Of a stretch of DNA of 64,000 nt, positions 48,678 to 58,821 are shown one piece after another. The translations under genes were made by a program, and so were the position numbers. How positions within the stretch are numbered: the stretch's first letter is position 1; each line of letters opens with the position of its first letter. The stretch is from Mantamonas sphyraenae STR306. Its lineage: Eukaryota; Protista; CRuMs. Location of the stretch: assembly GCA_026936335.1 (NCBI GenBank), contig JAPMXV010000038.1, positions 124,001-188,000 on the forward strand, in the 5' to 3' direction. The notes under the pieces were generated by a model. The model was not told where the DNA came from, ran no database searches, and saw only the letters and a list, made by a program, of their open reading frames with translations.

Positions 48678-49811
48678 ATGCCCGGCGTTGCGTCGTTTTC
48701 TCGCCATGGGCTGGGTGTGTTTCTGCTGATGTGCACGGCGCTGATCTGGGTGGCGTCGAGCAATGTGTTGAACTACCTGTTCACACAGGCTTCGTTTGAC
48801 AATCCGACCTTTCTGACCTACTTCAGCACCTCCCTGTTCACATTGTATCTACTGGGCTTTGCCGTGCGGCCGCAGTGGCGTGAGCGGCTGCCCATGGACA
48901 TGGCGTCGTTCGTGCGTGAGCTGCGTCACCCAGACGAGGCTGCGCCGAGCGAGTTTGAACGTCTGACGCCGCCTGGATCGCGTGACGACGATGCAGAAGA
49001 GGATGGGAGCGGAGATAGAATGGTGGTGCAGATGGAACGCGTGTCCAAGGTGGCACGGCTGGCGTTGTTTATCAGCCCGCAGTGGTTTGCCGCCAACTGG
49101 GCGTTTAACTACTCGTTGTCGCTGACGAGTGTGTCATCCAGCACCATCCTGAGTTCAACCTCGGGGTTCTTTACCCTCATTCTGGCGCGTGTGTGGCTTC
49201 ACGAGCCTGTGTACATTCACGGAGTGGTCTCTGTGCTGCTTTCGTTTGGCGGGGTGGTCACCGTCAGCCTGAGCGACTCGGAGGGAGGCGGCAGCGACTC
49301 GTTGTGGGGCGATGTCATGGCTCTGGTTGGTGCTGCGTTGTATGCTGCGTACACGGTCAACCTGAAGCGGTACATTGAGGACGAGCGGCGTGTGAGCATG
49401 CCCATGTTCTTTGGATTCCTCGGCGCCTGGAACATGCTGCTGCTGTGGCCTCTGGTGTTGTTGCTGTGGCTGTTGGGATTGGAACTCACCAGTGCACCCA
49501 ACGGCACAACGCTGCTGTTTCTGTTTCTGAACGGCCTCGTGGGCACCGTGCTGAGTGATGTGTTGTGGTTGTGGGCTGTGTTGCTCACATCGCCCCTGGT
49601 GGTTACTGTGGGCATCAGCATGACGATCCCCATGGCCATGGTCATCGATTGGCTCTTCAAGGGCGCTTCGTTCTCCTTTATCTATGTGCTGGGCTCCATC
49701 CTCGTCTTTGTCGGCTTCCTCGTGGTCAACCAGGAGGCAGAAACGGTGCAGAATGTGGTAGGACGCTGTTGTGGCGAGCGTGGCAAGGCTGTGTTTGGTC
49801 GTGGGATGTGA
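48678..49811 (+). CDS. SLC35F5: DMT/EamA transporter, SLC35F5/Thi74-like
   Basis: LIWVASS, PTFLTYFSTSLFTLYL, WFAANW, TSVSSSTILSSTSGFFTL, FFGFLG, GTVLSDVLWLWAVLLTSPLVVTVGISMTIP. Confidence 0.88.
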   Translation: MPGVASFSRHGLGVFLLMCTALIWVASSNVLNYLFTQASFDNPTFLTYFSTSLFTLYLLGFAVRPQWRERLPMDMASFVRELRHPDEAAPSEFERLTPPGSRDDDAEEDGSGDRMVVQMERVSKVARLALFISPQWFAANWAFNYSLSLTSVSSSTILSSTSGFFTLILARVWLHEPVYIHGVVSVLLSFGGVVTVSLSDSEGGGSDSLWGDVMALVGAALYAAYTVNLKRYIEDERRVSMPMFFGFLGAWNMLLLWPLVLLLWLLGLELTSAPNGTTLLFLFLNGLVGTVLSDVLWLWAVLLTSPLVVTVGISMTIPMAMVIDWLFKGASFSFIYVLGSILVFVGFLVVNQEAETVQNVVGRCCGERGKAVFGRGM

Positions 49812-49827
49812 TGTGGGGACATGATGG

Positions 49828-51351
49828 ATGATGCGCCCACGGAGGCAAAAACAAACAGAGGGGTGCATGTCGCAGAACAGCGTGGTGGATGTGGCGTTGG
49901 CGTCGCGGTTCTTTGTTGTCCAGGAGAACGGTCCGACGGCACTGGTGATCAAGGGGGAATCCAGTGGCAAAACATTCAAGGTGCGGATTGGCGAGGTGAA
50001 CAGTTGCAGTTGCAAACGACGTGCGCCGTGCGTCCACATGACGTGGGTGCTCCTTCGTGTGTTTCGTGTGCCCGCACAGTCGGATGTGGTGCAACAGACC
50101 GGGTTCAGCGAGCGAGAGGTGGACGAGCTGTTGCGTGCGCGGGAGTTGGGCGGCGGCCGCGGGAACGGAAATGGCGGGCGTGGAGAAAGTGGTGCAGGCA
50201 GCAGCAGCAGCAGTGCGAGCGGGGATGACGAGGCGCGGGTGGAAGTGGTGGAACAGAGGCCATGTGATGTGTGCGCCATCTGCCAGGAGGACATCGACAT
50301 GGAGAAGCCCGAGGAGAACACGTTCTGCAAACTTGGCTGCGGCAACACGCTGCACTATCGGTGTTTGAAGGTTTACGCGGACCACAGGAGCAGCATGGGC
50401 GAGACACTGAACTGTCCGTACTGCAGGCATGCATGGGGGGTGTTGGAAAAGTGGGAGGCTGAGGACGTGCACAAGGGTGTGCGGTGCAGGGGCTGCCAGT
50501 CCCTGCCTGTGAAGGGACCACGGTACAGGTGTCTGGTGTGTCGCGACACAAACCTATGCCAGAGTTGCTACCTGGGCGAGACACACAAGCAGCACGGCTT
50601 CCAAGTGCGTGTCAAGGCAAAGGACGAGTGGACACCTGCGCCAGAACGGCAGCAAAACGCCCTTCCTGCGGCAGTGATTGCCAGCATGGAGGGCCGCGAA
50701 TTGACTGACGCTGACTATCAATTGTTGCTGCGGTTGGATGCCGTGCCTGTGTTGGAGGTGAAGTATCTGGTGAGTGGGGCGCTGATCAGTGCATTGCCGC
50801 AGCCGGATGCGGCTAGCACGCTGGAGTGTTGCGTGTGCATGGATGGCGTGGATGACAGTGACGACGGGGACGTGGAGGCATGGCGTGTGTTGCCGTGTGG
50901 CCACGAGAGTCACGTGGGTTGTGCACGAGAGTGGTTGGGCGGGTCGGTCGCCAAGGGCAAGGCCTCGCGCAACGCGTGTCCCGTGTGTGGTGGGAGCGTG
51001 TGGGAGCTGGAAGTGCTGGCTCAGGAGCGCAAGAGGCAGATGGGCGCGCGGGCAAAGAAGAGGCAGCAAAAGAAGAAGGCGAAGGAGGACGAGGCGGAAA
51101 AGGCCGGTGCCAAGGTGGTTCAACAGGTCAAGGAACGCCAGATGGCTTTCACAATCACCGGCAGTGCGTTTGGCAGCGTGCCCATGGCATCGACAGACAC
51201 AGAGATGGACAAGGGCAAGGGGAAGAGTGTCGGGAGGAGGAGAAGCGGAGGCGGTGGGAAACGCTCGGGACGCGGTGGCGGGAGTGCCAGCGAGAGTTTG
51301 GCGTTGGGAGGCTTGGGAGTGATCGGAAGTGGGTTGGGAAAGGGTGGGTGA
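49828..51351 (+). CDS. ZSWIM2: ZSWIM2-like E3 ligase (SWIM-RING-ZZ-RING)
   Basis: SWIM CSC...CVH; RING CAICQE...CGNTLH...CPYCR; ZZ HKGVRCRGC...RYRCLVC...LCQSC; second RING LPCGHESH...CPVC. Start at 49828 or 49867. Confidence 0.85.
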   Translation: MMRPRRQKQTEGCMSQNSVVDVALASRFFVVQENGPTALVIKGESSGKTFKVRIGEVNSCSCKRRAPCVHMTWVLLRVFRVPAQSDVVQQTGFSEREVDELLRARELGGGRGNGNGGRGESGAGSSSSSASGDDEARVEVVEQRPCDVCAICQEDIDMEKPEENTFCKLGCGNTLHYRCLKVYADHRSSMGETLNCPYCRHAWGVLEKWEAEDVHKGVRCRGCQSLPVKGPRYRCLVCRDTNLCQSCYLGETHKQHGFQVRVKAKDEWTPAPERQQNALPAAVIASMEGRELTDADYQLLLRLDAVPVLEVKYLVSGALISALPQPDAASTLECCVCMDGVDDSDDGDVEAWRVLPCGHESHVGCAREWLGGSVAKGKASRNACPVCGGSVWELEVLAQERKRQMGARAKKRQQKKKAKEDEAEKAGAKVVQQVKERQMAFTITGSAFGSVPMASTDTEMDKGKGKSVGRRRSGGGGKRSGRGGGSASESLALGGLGVIGSGLGKGG

Positions 51352-51410
51352 CTTTGCTTTGCAATGGGGACATCGAGTTTGACCAGAAGTGGGACTCTTT
51401 TCGTGTCTGA

Positions 51411-51962
51411 TCACTCTTCCTCCCCAAACATGTCGAGAATGGCCAGGATGACTTCCTGGGCCTCTTTTCGATCTTCGTGGTCAAGGGCAGCGGTCGTGTC
51501 GCGGATGGCTTCGGCCAGGATCATTGCCTCTGCCATGCGGCCCTGTTCCAAGAGGAGATCAACCGTGCACAGCAGTGGTTCCACATCCTGCGGCTCGGAA
51601 AGGAGTGTGGCCAGCTTCTGATCGTCCAGAGCAGCTGCTTTGACCGGGATTTCCATGCAGGGGTTGGTGAAGAGGCGGGCAAGGGCGTGCACACCCGGCT
51701 GCGAATTCAAAATTTTGACGGTTGGTGATTTGGCGCGCTCGGCCTCTTCCTGCGCATTCGCAATGCCAAGCTGCACCATGCGCGCACGGCGTGCACTGCG
51801 GGGCGTGCGGATTCTGTTGCCTGGGTGTTCGGGGGTGCGGGGTGTTCGCGGTGTGGCAGAAAGGCTTCCACGGCGGAGACGGAGATTCTCGGGAACGTGC
51901 TGATCACGCTCCGGCGTGAAGGTCACGCATGCAGGCGAGTGGGGAGTGCGAGGTGATTCCAT
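51411..51962 (-). CDS. Hypothetical protein (TP/SP-rich N-terminus, short helical C-terminus)
   Basis: ORF from 'catcATG' MESPRTPHSP; no recognised domain. Confidence 0.45.
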   Translation of the reverse strand: MESPRTPHSPACVTFTPERDQHVPENLRLRRGSLSATPRTPRTPEHPGNRIRTPRSARRARMVQLGIANAQEEAERAKSPTVKILNSQPGVHALARLFTNPCMEIPVKAAALDDQKLATLLSEPQDVEPLLCTVDLLLEQGRMAEAMILAEAIRDTTAALDHEDRKEAQEVILAILDMFGEEE

Positions 51963-52137
51963 GATGTTGATGAATGCAGTGAATGATAGGTGTTGTCCGG
52001 TGAGGGATTGAGGATGACGAGTGATGTGCGGATGTCGATTTGTGCGTTGTGTGGGCTGGCGGGGCGGTGGCATCCACTTTTTGAACCATGCCTTTTGAAT
52101 CGGAGAGTTCAGTGCATTGTGTGACACCCCATCATGC

Positions 52138-53100
52138 CTAGAGGGCCAGCCTCTGCCGCAGAAATGCGATCTGTGCATGGCGGTCGCCCTGCGCCTTTGC
52201 AATTTCAGCCGCCGCCTCGAGGGCCTCTGCGTGGTGCTCGATGCCCACCTGCTCGTCAGCCAGCATGCCCACGCACATGTCCATAGCCGAGTCGAGTTTG
52301 CCCAAGCGCTGCAGAGCGGTGATGAGCAGGAGGCGGGAATACGGATTGTCCTCGCCCAAATATTTCACTGCCTGCTTGAAGCGGCCACTGAAGAAGAACA
52401 CCTCGCCCGCCAGTTGTGCATGGGCCTTACTCTCCATGAGCATGCCCCTGATTGCATTCAGGGCGTCTTGGAAACGACCGGCCCTCAGGAGTGCCAAGGC
52501 TTTCTTTGCCTGCTCGTCGTCACCAAATGATCCCATTTGCAACATGCCTGGCATGAGTTCCACCCCCAAAACTTCATCGTTGGAGTCCGCTTGGTTCTCC
52601 TCCTCCACAGCTTCATCGCTGGATTGGTCTTCTTCACGAGGGGACTCGTCCATCGGAATGTGCTGCTCCTCCTCGGCAACTACCCCTTCATCCTCAACTT
52701 CCTCCTCCTTATCTTCTGCCACAACCTCCTTTCCCTCCTCCTCTGCTTCATGAATCTCGTCACTTTCGAGTTCCAAATCCAACGACTCGTAGTCGCTCGG
52801 GCTCAGCTTGTGCGCCTCATCTGCCTCCTCATCCGTTTCCTCCTCATCATCTTCCTGTTCCACAACCTCTTCCTCCAAATCTTGTGTCTCTCCGGCCCAC
52901 AGCTGCACTTCCTGCGCCTGCGCCAAGATTCGACCGTTGTCGGGATTTCCACACTCTCCCTGAGAGTCGACAACGACTTCGACTGGAGCGTGGTTGGAAT
53001 TGATGTTCTCGTTCTCCTGTCCCTGAGCTGTGTTGTTGAAGCTGTAAATGAGCTCTGTGACTGATGTCACCCTGTTGGAAAAGTCCTGGAAGTAGTTCAT
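52138..53100 (-). CDS. Hypothetical acidic protein with TPR-like C-terminal helices
   Basis: 320-aa ORF after a CA-rich leader; Glu-rich middle; AKKALALLRAGRFQDAL / LAGEVFFFSGRFKQAVKYL / ALQRLGKLDSA resemble TPR repeats. Confidence 0.55.
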   Translation of the reverse strand: MNYFQDFSNRVTSVTELIYSFNNTAQGQENENINSNHAPVEVVVDSQGECGNPDNGRILAQAQEVQLWAGETQDLEEEVVEQEDDEEETDEEADEAHKLSPSDYESLDLELESDEIHEAEEEGKEVVAEDKEEEVEDEGVVAEEEQHIPMDESPREEDQSSDEAVEEENQADSNDEVLGVELMPGMLQMGSFGDDEQAKKALALLRAGRFQDALNAIRGMLMESKAHAQLAGEVFFFSGRFKQAVKYLGEDNPYSRLLLITALQRLGKLDSAMDMCVGMLADEQVGIEHHAEALEAAAEIAKAQGDRHAQIAFLRQRLAL

Positions 53101-53193
53101 TGTGTGCGTTGCGATTGATGTGTGCTGAAAAGATTGGTGATGATAGTGCCTGGCCTGTGTCTACAGTGTGCTGCAAATAGGAATCGTGCTGGG

Positions 53194-55491
53194 ATGAGTG
53201 TGTCTCGTGTTGTGCTGCGCCGTTGCGCGCAGCTCGTTTTCGTCCCCCATCTCATGTTCTCCAGAGCCACGTCGGCAGGTGTCGCAGCACGTGTGGCAAA
53301 TCTTGCCCCTCCATGTGCGCGCTGGATGAGCACGGCGGGTATTGCAGCAAGAGTGCAGGTGTGGGACGCCGAGTGGGCCAAGCAGCAGGAGGAAATCAGC
53401 AGGAACACACCTCGTGTGGCGCAACCGGGTCCCCTACGCGTCCTGTACAAGGGCAATGTGTGTGTCCATGCACGTGTCGAAGACGTGATTGGCCAGCGGC
53501 AAAGTGCAGCGGATCTGCTGCAGTCCTGCGGTGCCGATCTGGCGTCCGTGCTCACAGCGCAAGTGCGTGCGACGCCCGACTCGGCCTGGATGCACCTGGA
53601 CTTGCATCGGCCGTTGGAAGAGTGGATGTTGGGACGTGATGGGTCGGACGCCGTGCTCGAAGTGCAGTCCGTGCTCTGGGACGATCCGCTGGGACGTGAC
53701 ACGCTGTGGCACAGCGGTGCGCATCTGCTTGGCGCGGCCCTGGAGGACCTGTACACGGCAAAGGGTCACGAGGTACGCCTGTACGACGGTCCAACCGTAG
53801 AGCAGGGCTTTTACTACGACGTGGAGCTGCATCCGAACGGTGTCGTGCACGAGGAGGAGCTGGCACAGCTGGCCAAGCGCATCAAGAAGCTGGCCAAGCG
53901 TAAGGCTCGCTTCCTGCGCATGGAGGTGGATCGAGACACGGCCTTGGCCATGTTTGCAGACAATCCGTTCAAGCAGGAAGTGATTGCGCGAGTCAGCGAG
54001 GATGCAGACGCTCCGCCGCTGACGGTGTACCGCTGTGGCCCGCTCGTGGACCTGTGCCGCGGCCCGCACGTGCCGCACACGGGCTGGATCAAGGCCAGTG
54101 CGGTGGAAAAGGTGTCTGCGGTGCAGAGCAAGGGCGATGGAGGCGTACAGCGTGTGTACGGAGTGGCGTTCCCGGAGAGTGATCTGTTGGAGGCGCACCA
54201 GAAGCGACAGGAAGAGGCCAGGAGGAGAGACCATCGCACGCTGGGCCAAGCCTTGGACCTGTTTGCGTTCCATCCTGTGAGTGCAGGCAGTGCCTTCTTC
54301 CTGCCGCATGGCACGCGTGTGTACAACCGATTGACGGCGTTCCTGCGGCATCAGTACAAAGCACGCGGGTACGACGAGGTGATCACACCCAATCTGTACC
54401 ACCACTCGCTGTGGAAGACATCGGGCCACTGGGACAATTACCACGAGGACATGTTCCACATCCACGACGAGCACACACACACGCACGAGGCACACGACGC
54501 CGAACAGCTGTCACTCAAACCCATGAATTGTCCGGGGCATGCTGTCCTCTTCAAGCACATGGGCAGCCACTCGTACCGGGACTTGCCCGTGCGCCTGGCC
54601 GAGTTTGGCGTGTTGCATCGCAACGAGGCCAGCGGCGCCCTCAGCGGCCTCACACGCGTGCGCAAGTTTGTGCAGGACGACGCACACATCTTTTGCCGCG
54701 CCGACCAGATTGCACAAGAGGTGCACGCTTGTCTGGACTTTGTGGGTGACGTGTACGCCTTGTTTGGGTTCCGCTTCTCCATGGAGCTCAGCACGCGTCC
54801 GGACAAGTTTGTGGGCGATGTGAGCGCATGGACAGCTGCCGAGGATGCGCTTCGTGCCTCTTTGGACTCCCATCCACACGTGGACGGGTGGCGAGTCAAT
54901 GACAAGGACGGCGCGTTCTACGGCCCCAAAATCGATGTCAAGCTGCGCGACGCCCTGGAGAGGCAACACCAGTGCGCCACCATCCAGCTGGACTTCCAAC
55001 TGCCCCAACGCTTCGATTTGCGGTACGTCGAGGCAGACGGCACCACCGCACAGCCGGTGATGATCCATCGTGCGGTGCTCGGCTCCATGGAACGCATGTT
55101 GGCCGTGCTACTGGAACACACGGCAGGTGATCTGCCGCTGTGGCTGGCTGCACGGCAACTGGTCCTCCTGCCGGTGAGCGAAGCAAAACACGGTGCGGCG
55201 TGTCAGGAACTTGCGGCGCGGCTTCAGTCGTCGCCGCTGCTGCGGGCCGCCAATGTGGACGGCGAGTTTTATGTGGACGTCGACATGTCCTCCGAGAGCA
55301 TTGGCAAGCGCATCCGAAGAGCGGAACAGAAAAAGTATCCTGTGGTGGCTGTGGTGGGCGATCAGGAGGTGGCGGACGGCTCGTTGAGCGTACGCACACG
55401 CAGCCAGGGACCGCAGTCGACGCGCATGGACATGGACACGCTGGAGCGCACACTGGCCGCACAATGCGGTGTGTGGCGTCAAGGCGAGTGA
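53194..55491 (+). CDS. TARS: Threonyl-tRNA synthetase with probable mitochondrial presequence
   Basis: WHSGAHLLG and DLCRGPH editing motifs, RDHR, KPMNCPGH, HRNEASGALSGLTRVR, GAFYGPKID, QCATIQLDF, VMIHRA; Arg-rich N-terminal leader. Confidence 0.96.
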   Translation: MSVSRVVLRRCAQLVFVPHLMFSRATSAGVAARVANLAPPCARWMSTAGIAARVQVWDAEWAKQQEEISRNTPRVAQPGPLRVLYKGNVCVHARVEDVIGQRQSAADLLQSCGADLASVLTAQVRATPDSAWMHLDLHRPLEEWMLGRDGSDAVLEVQSVLWDDPLGRDTLWHSGAHLLGAALEDLYTAKGHEVRLYDGPTVEQGFYYDVELHPNGVVHEEELAQLAKRIKKLAKRKARFLRMEVDRDTALAMFADNPFKQEVIARVSEDADAPPLTVYRCGPLVDLCRGPHVPHTGWIKASAVEKVSAVQSKGDGGVQRVYGVAFPESDLLEAHQKRQEEARRRDHRTLGQALDLFAFHPVSAGSAFFLPHGTRVYNRLTAFLRHQYKARGYDEVITPNLYHHSLWKTSGHWDNYHEDMFHIHDEHTHTHEAHDAEQLSLKPMNCPGHAVLFKHMGSHSYRDLPVRLAEFGVLHRNEASGALSGLTRVRKFVQDDAHIFCRADQIAQEVHACLDFVGDVYALFGFRFSMELSTRPDKFVGDVSAWTAAEDALRASLDSHPHVDGWRVNDKDGAFYGPKIDVKLRDALERQHQCATIQLDFQLPQRFDLRYVEADGTTAQPVMIHRAVLGSMERMLAVLLEHTAGDLPLWLAARQLVLLPVSEAKHGAACQELAARLQSSPLLRAANVDGEFYVDVDMSSESIGKRIRRAEQKKYPVVAVVGDQEVADGSLSVRTRSQGPQSTRMDMDTLERTLAAQCGVWRQGE

Positions 55492-55533
55492 AACGCGTGT
55501 CCGCGTGATGGCAGGCAGCCAAAAACACGGGAC

Positions 55534-56857
55534 ATGAGCAGCGAGGAGGAGGCGCAGAAACGCACCACGACGCTGGTTGTCGGCACCTTTGTGGGCGAGA
55601 AAAAGAACAAAAAGGACTTTATGAAAGCTGCACAGGGCCACACGGTGGACACTCGGTGGCAACTGCAATGGGTAGAGCTGAGCAGGGAGATTCCGTTGGC
55701 GCAACAACCGGACGTCGATGTCGTCGTCCACAAGCTCACCCAGGAGCTGGTCATCGAGGCCAGGCTGCACAATGGCGAAGCGTACGGCGACATGCTGAAA
55801 CACGCCGTGGAGACAAAGCAGGTGCTGGATGACGTGCGCGTAAGTGGTACATGCGCCCTTTTTGCACCTTCCTCCAGCCATTCGTCGACGTGTTCACTCA
55901 CCCACTGGCATGGTGCATGTGCGCAGGCATCCCAACGGCCAGTGTTGGATCCGCTGGACGCTGTGGCCAGTGTGATCGACCGTCGGGTGCTGTACGAGAA
56001 ACTTGCCCAAATCGAACTGGCGTACAGTAGGTTGACCGGGACAAGGGGAGCGTGAACACAGTGCATGGACGTTTTTGTGTGCATGGTGGCCATGCATGGC
56101 ATATGTGTGCTGACGCCCAATACGCTTGGATGGTGTCCACGCGCTTCACGCCCGCCTCACAGCGGAAGTACCCAAAGTTGCCAACGCCTACACGCTGCAG
56201 GAGCTTGAGGACGAGGTGGAGGCGCAGTCGCTGTCCTATCCCGTGGTAATCAAGACATGGGACGCATGCTCGTTGTCTGCAGCACACGAAATGGCCATTG
56301 TGCGCACGCGAGCAGGGATGAGGGCGTTGCTGGAGGCTGCGTCGGAACACGCGGCGTGGAAGAATGTGCGCGGGTTCACTGCGCAGCCGTTTGTCAACCA
56401 CAGGGGAGTCATCCACAAGGTGTACAGCGTGGATGACCAGGTGGAGGTGCAAGCACGCGAGTCGTTTGCTGATCTCGCGCCCACAACAAACGATGAGAAG
56501 GAGGAGGAGGACAGTACGAATGGCCGAGACTCGTTTGTGCTGTTCCATTCGCATGATCCAGTGCCTGAAGGATGGGCCAGTGGTTACGGAACAGACGAGC
56601 AGAGGGTGGCTGAGGAGACGGCGGCGCTCGACGGGATGCAAGAGGCTGCAGAGGAGGTATGTCGGGAAATCCAACGGGTGTTTGGTCTGACGATGTTTGG
56701 GGTGGATGTGTTGGTGGATGCACGCACGGGCAAGTGGATGCTGGTCGACCTCAACTATTTTCCGGGCTACAAGAACATCCAACAGCGGTTGGCCGACGCC
56801 TTGGTGCGCATGATTGTGCAGGCGCATGAAAAGGCAATCGATGAGGAGAGTGGTTAG
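55534..56857 (+). CDS. ITPK1: Inositol-tetrakisphosphate 1-kinase (ATP-grasp); introns 55840-55926, 56027-56162
   Basis: DVVVHKLT, VLDPLD, YPVVIK...AHEMAIV, QPFVNHRGVIHKVY, FGLTMFGVDV, LVDLNYFPGY. Confidence 0.9.
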
Positions 56858-56878
56858 GTGTGGGTGGGGCGATGCGCG

Positions 56879-58003
56879 ATGGCAGGCAGTGAAAAACGGA
56901 AGATGAGCAGGTCCTTCTCTTCCTCCTCTTCGTCATCGTCATCCATGGACACAGAAGAGAGTGGTGGGGGCAAGGGCAAGGGAAAGGGCAAAAGCCGAGT
57001 GGACGAGGAGGTGGACGTGGAATTGCAGTGTGTGGGAGTCATGGAAGCACACAAGGGGCCTGTGTTGTGCTGTTCGTTCACGCACGACAGCAAGTATGCG
57101 CTCAGTGGCGGGCAGGACAGCACAGTGAATCTGTTTAATCCACATACGGGCATGCACATCAAGTCATACGACGGCAGCCAAAGCCACGGGGTGTATGGGG
57201 CGGTGGCGTAGGTTCTTGCTGCGGAAAGGGGAGGCACGGGAGGAGCTCGGATTTTCACTCACCCTCGCTTTGCGACACACACACACACACACGTACGATT
57301 GCACAGAACCAACGATAATAACTTTATTCTGAGCGCAGCGGGAGACAAGAGCACGGCTGTGTTTGACGTGGGCAGCGGAAAGCTGTTGCGCAAGTTCCGG
57401 GGCCACACGCGACGGGTGAACGACGTGGCTGTGAACGGGGACGGAGGCGTGGTGGCCACAGCGTCGCAAGACAACACGGTGCGACTGTGGGACATGCGTG
57501 CGGGCAGCAAGGAGGCCATCCAAATCCTGGATGAGGCGCAGGATGGGGTGTCGTCGGTGTGGGTGGGCGAGTCGACGCTATGGAGTGCGTCTGTGGACGG
57601 AGCCGTGCGCTGTTACGACCTGAGGCAGTCGAGCATGAGCGAGGACCGAGTGTGGGAAAGTGCAACGGGAGTGACGGTGAGTGGGGACGGACGTTGCGTG
57701 CTGGTCAACACGCTGGACAGTGCCATGCTGCTACTTGACGCAGAGACGGGCGAGCAGTTGAACCTGTTTACGGGACACACCCATGCCAAGTATGCACTGC
57801 GTGGGGCGTTTTCCCACGACGACAACCGTGTGTGGTGCGGCTCGGAAACGGGCCATGTCTTTGGCTGGGATGTGCTTGCCACGGAGCCCGTGGCCAAGCT
57901 CAGAGGTCACGCGCATGTGGTGACACAGGTACGATGCAGTAGCAACCACAACATGCTCCTCAGTTGCTCCTTTGACGGTACAGTGCGTGTGTGGAGCGAA
58001 TGA
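56879..58003 (+). CDS. WDR83: WD40 protein WDR83/MORG1; intron 57208-57306
   Basis: YALSGGQDSTVNLFNP...IKSY, GKLLRKFRGH, IQILDEAQDGVSSV, SVDGAVRCYDLR, GEQLNLFTGH. Confidence 0.9.
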
Positions 58004-58063
58004 ACAGCAGGCAGAGATGCCTTGTATTGTTTCCATTTCCACCGTCGTTTCATGGCAGTGCCA

Positions 58064-58699
58064 TCACTCCCACAGCACCATGACGGAGCATTGACCCGTT
58101 GCTGTGTGTTCCCAGCGTTCGGCAGTGTTGTTGTTGTTGCGGTCGCTGCTGCGGTTGAGCAAATCGTCGACGGAGGAGCTGTCCTGGACGGTGGATGCCC
58201 ACGAAGCCCAATCGCCGTCTTGTGGAGCCCTGCAGGTGAGCATCTCCACTCGCCAGACAAAGAGCTTGCGTCCGGCGTGCAGGGGTTGGCCCCAGGCCAC
58301 CACAACCTCACCCCGGTGCACAGGACGCAGATGGGTGCACGACACGTCTGTGCCCACCATGCCCTTGGCTTTGGGTGGCATTTGCAGCAGGGTGCCCACA
58401 GAAGCGATCTCCTCCACGACGGCAGCGGAAACGCCGCCGTGCAGCAAACCCATGGGCTGCGTCAGTTGGTCGCCAATGCCCATGGCCAGCACCAGACGCG
58501 ATTGTGAGGCTGCCAGCCAGTCGTACTGAAGCACCTGTTTGCCAAACACGCGGTCTCCCTGTGGCAGCTGAGGCGTCAGCGCTTGCAGACGCGCCACATT
58601 CTCCGCAAACGCCTCGTCGATGACCGGCTGCACACGCTGGTGGGCAAACGCATCGCTGCGATGGACTATGCTTGCGCGTGTGGCCGTGCGACGAAACAT
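58064..58699 (-). CDS. PaaI/MenI-like hotdog-fold acyl-CoA thioesterase with probable mitochondrial leader
   Basis: LTQPMGLLHGGVSAAVVEEIASVG, VGTDVSCTHLRPV, PLHAGRKLFVWRVE; MFRRTATRA leader. Confidence 0.85.
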   Translation of the reverse strand: MFRRTATRASIVHRSDAFAHQRVQPVIDEAFAENVARLQALTPQLPQGDRVFGKQVLQYDWLAASQSRLVLAMGIGDQLTQPMGLLHGGVSAAVVEEIASVGTLLQMPPKAKGMVGTDVSCTHLRPVHRGEVVVAWGQPLHAGRKLFVWRVEMLTCRAPQDGDWASWASTVQDSSSVDDLLNRSSDRNNNNTAERWEHTATGQCSVMVLWE

Positions 58700-58821
58700 G
58701 GGGGGCAGTGTGTGGTTGGGTTGGCGGCGCTGGTGGAGGCAAGAAGAACCGGGACTCGGAGAAGGCGAGGAAAGCTCCGAAATCCACTCCTGCGAGGAGC
58801 AGCAGCACACATCGACGCGTC

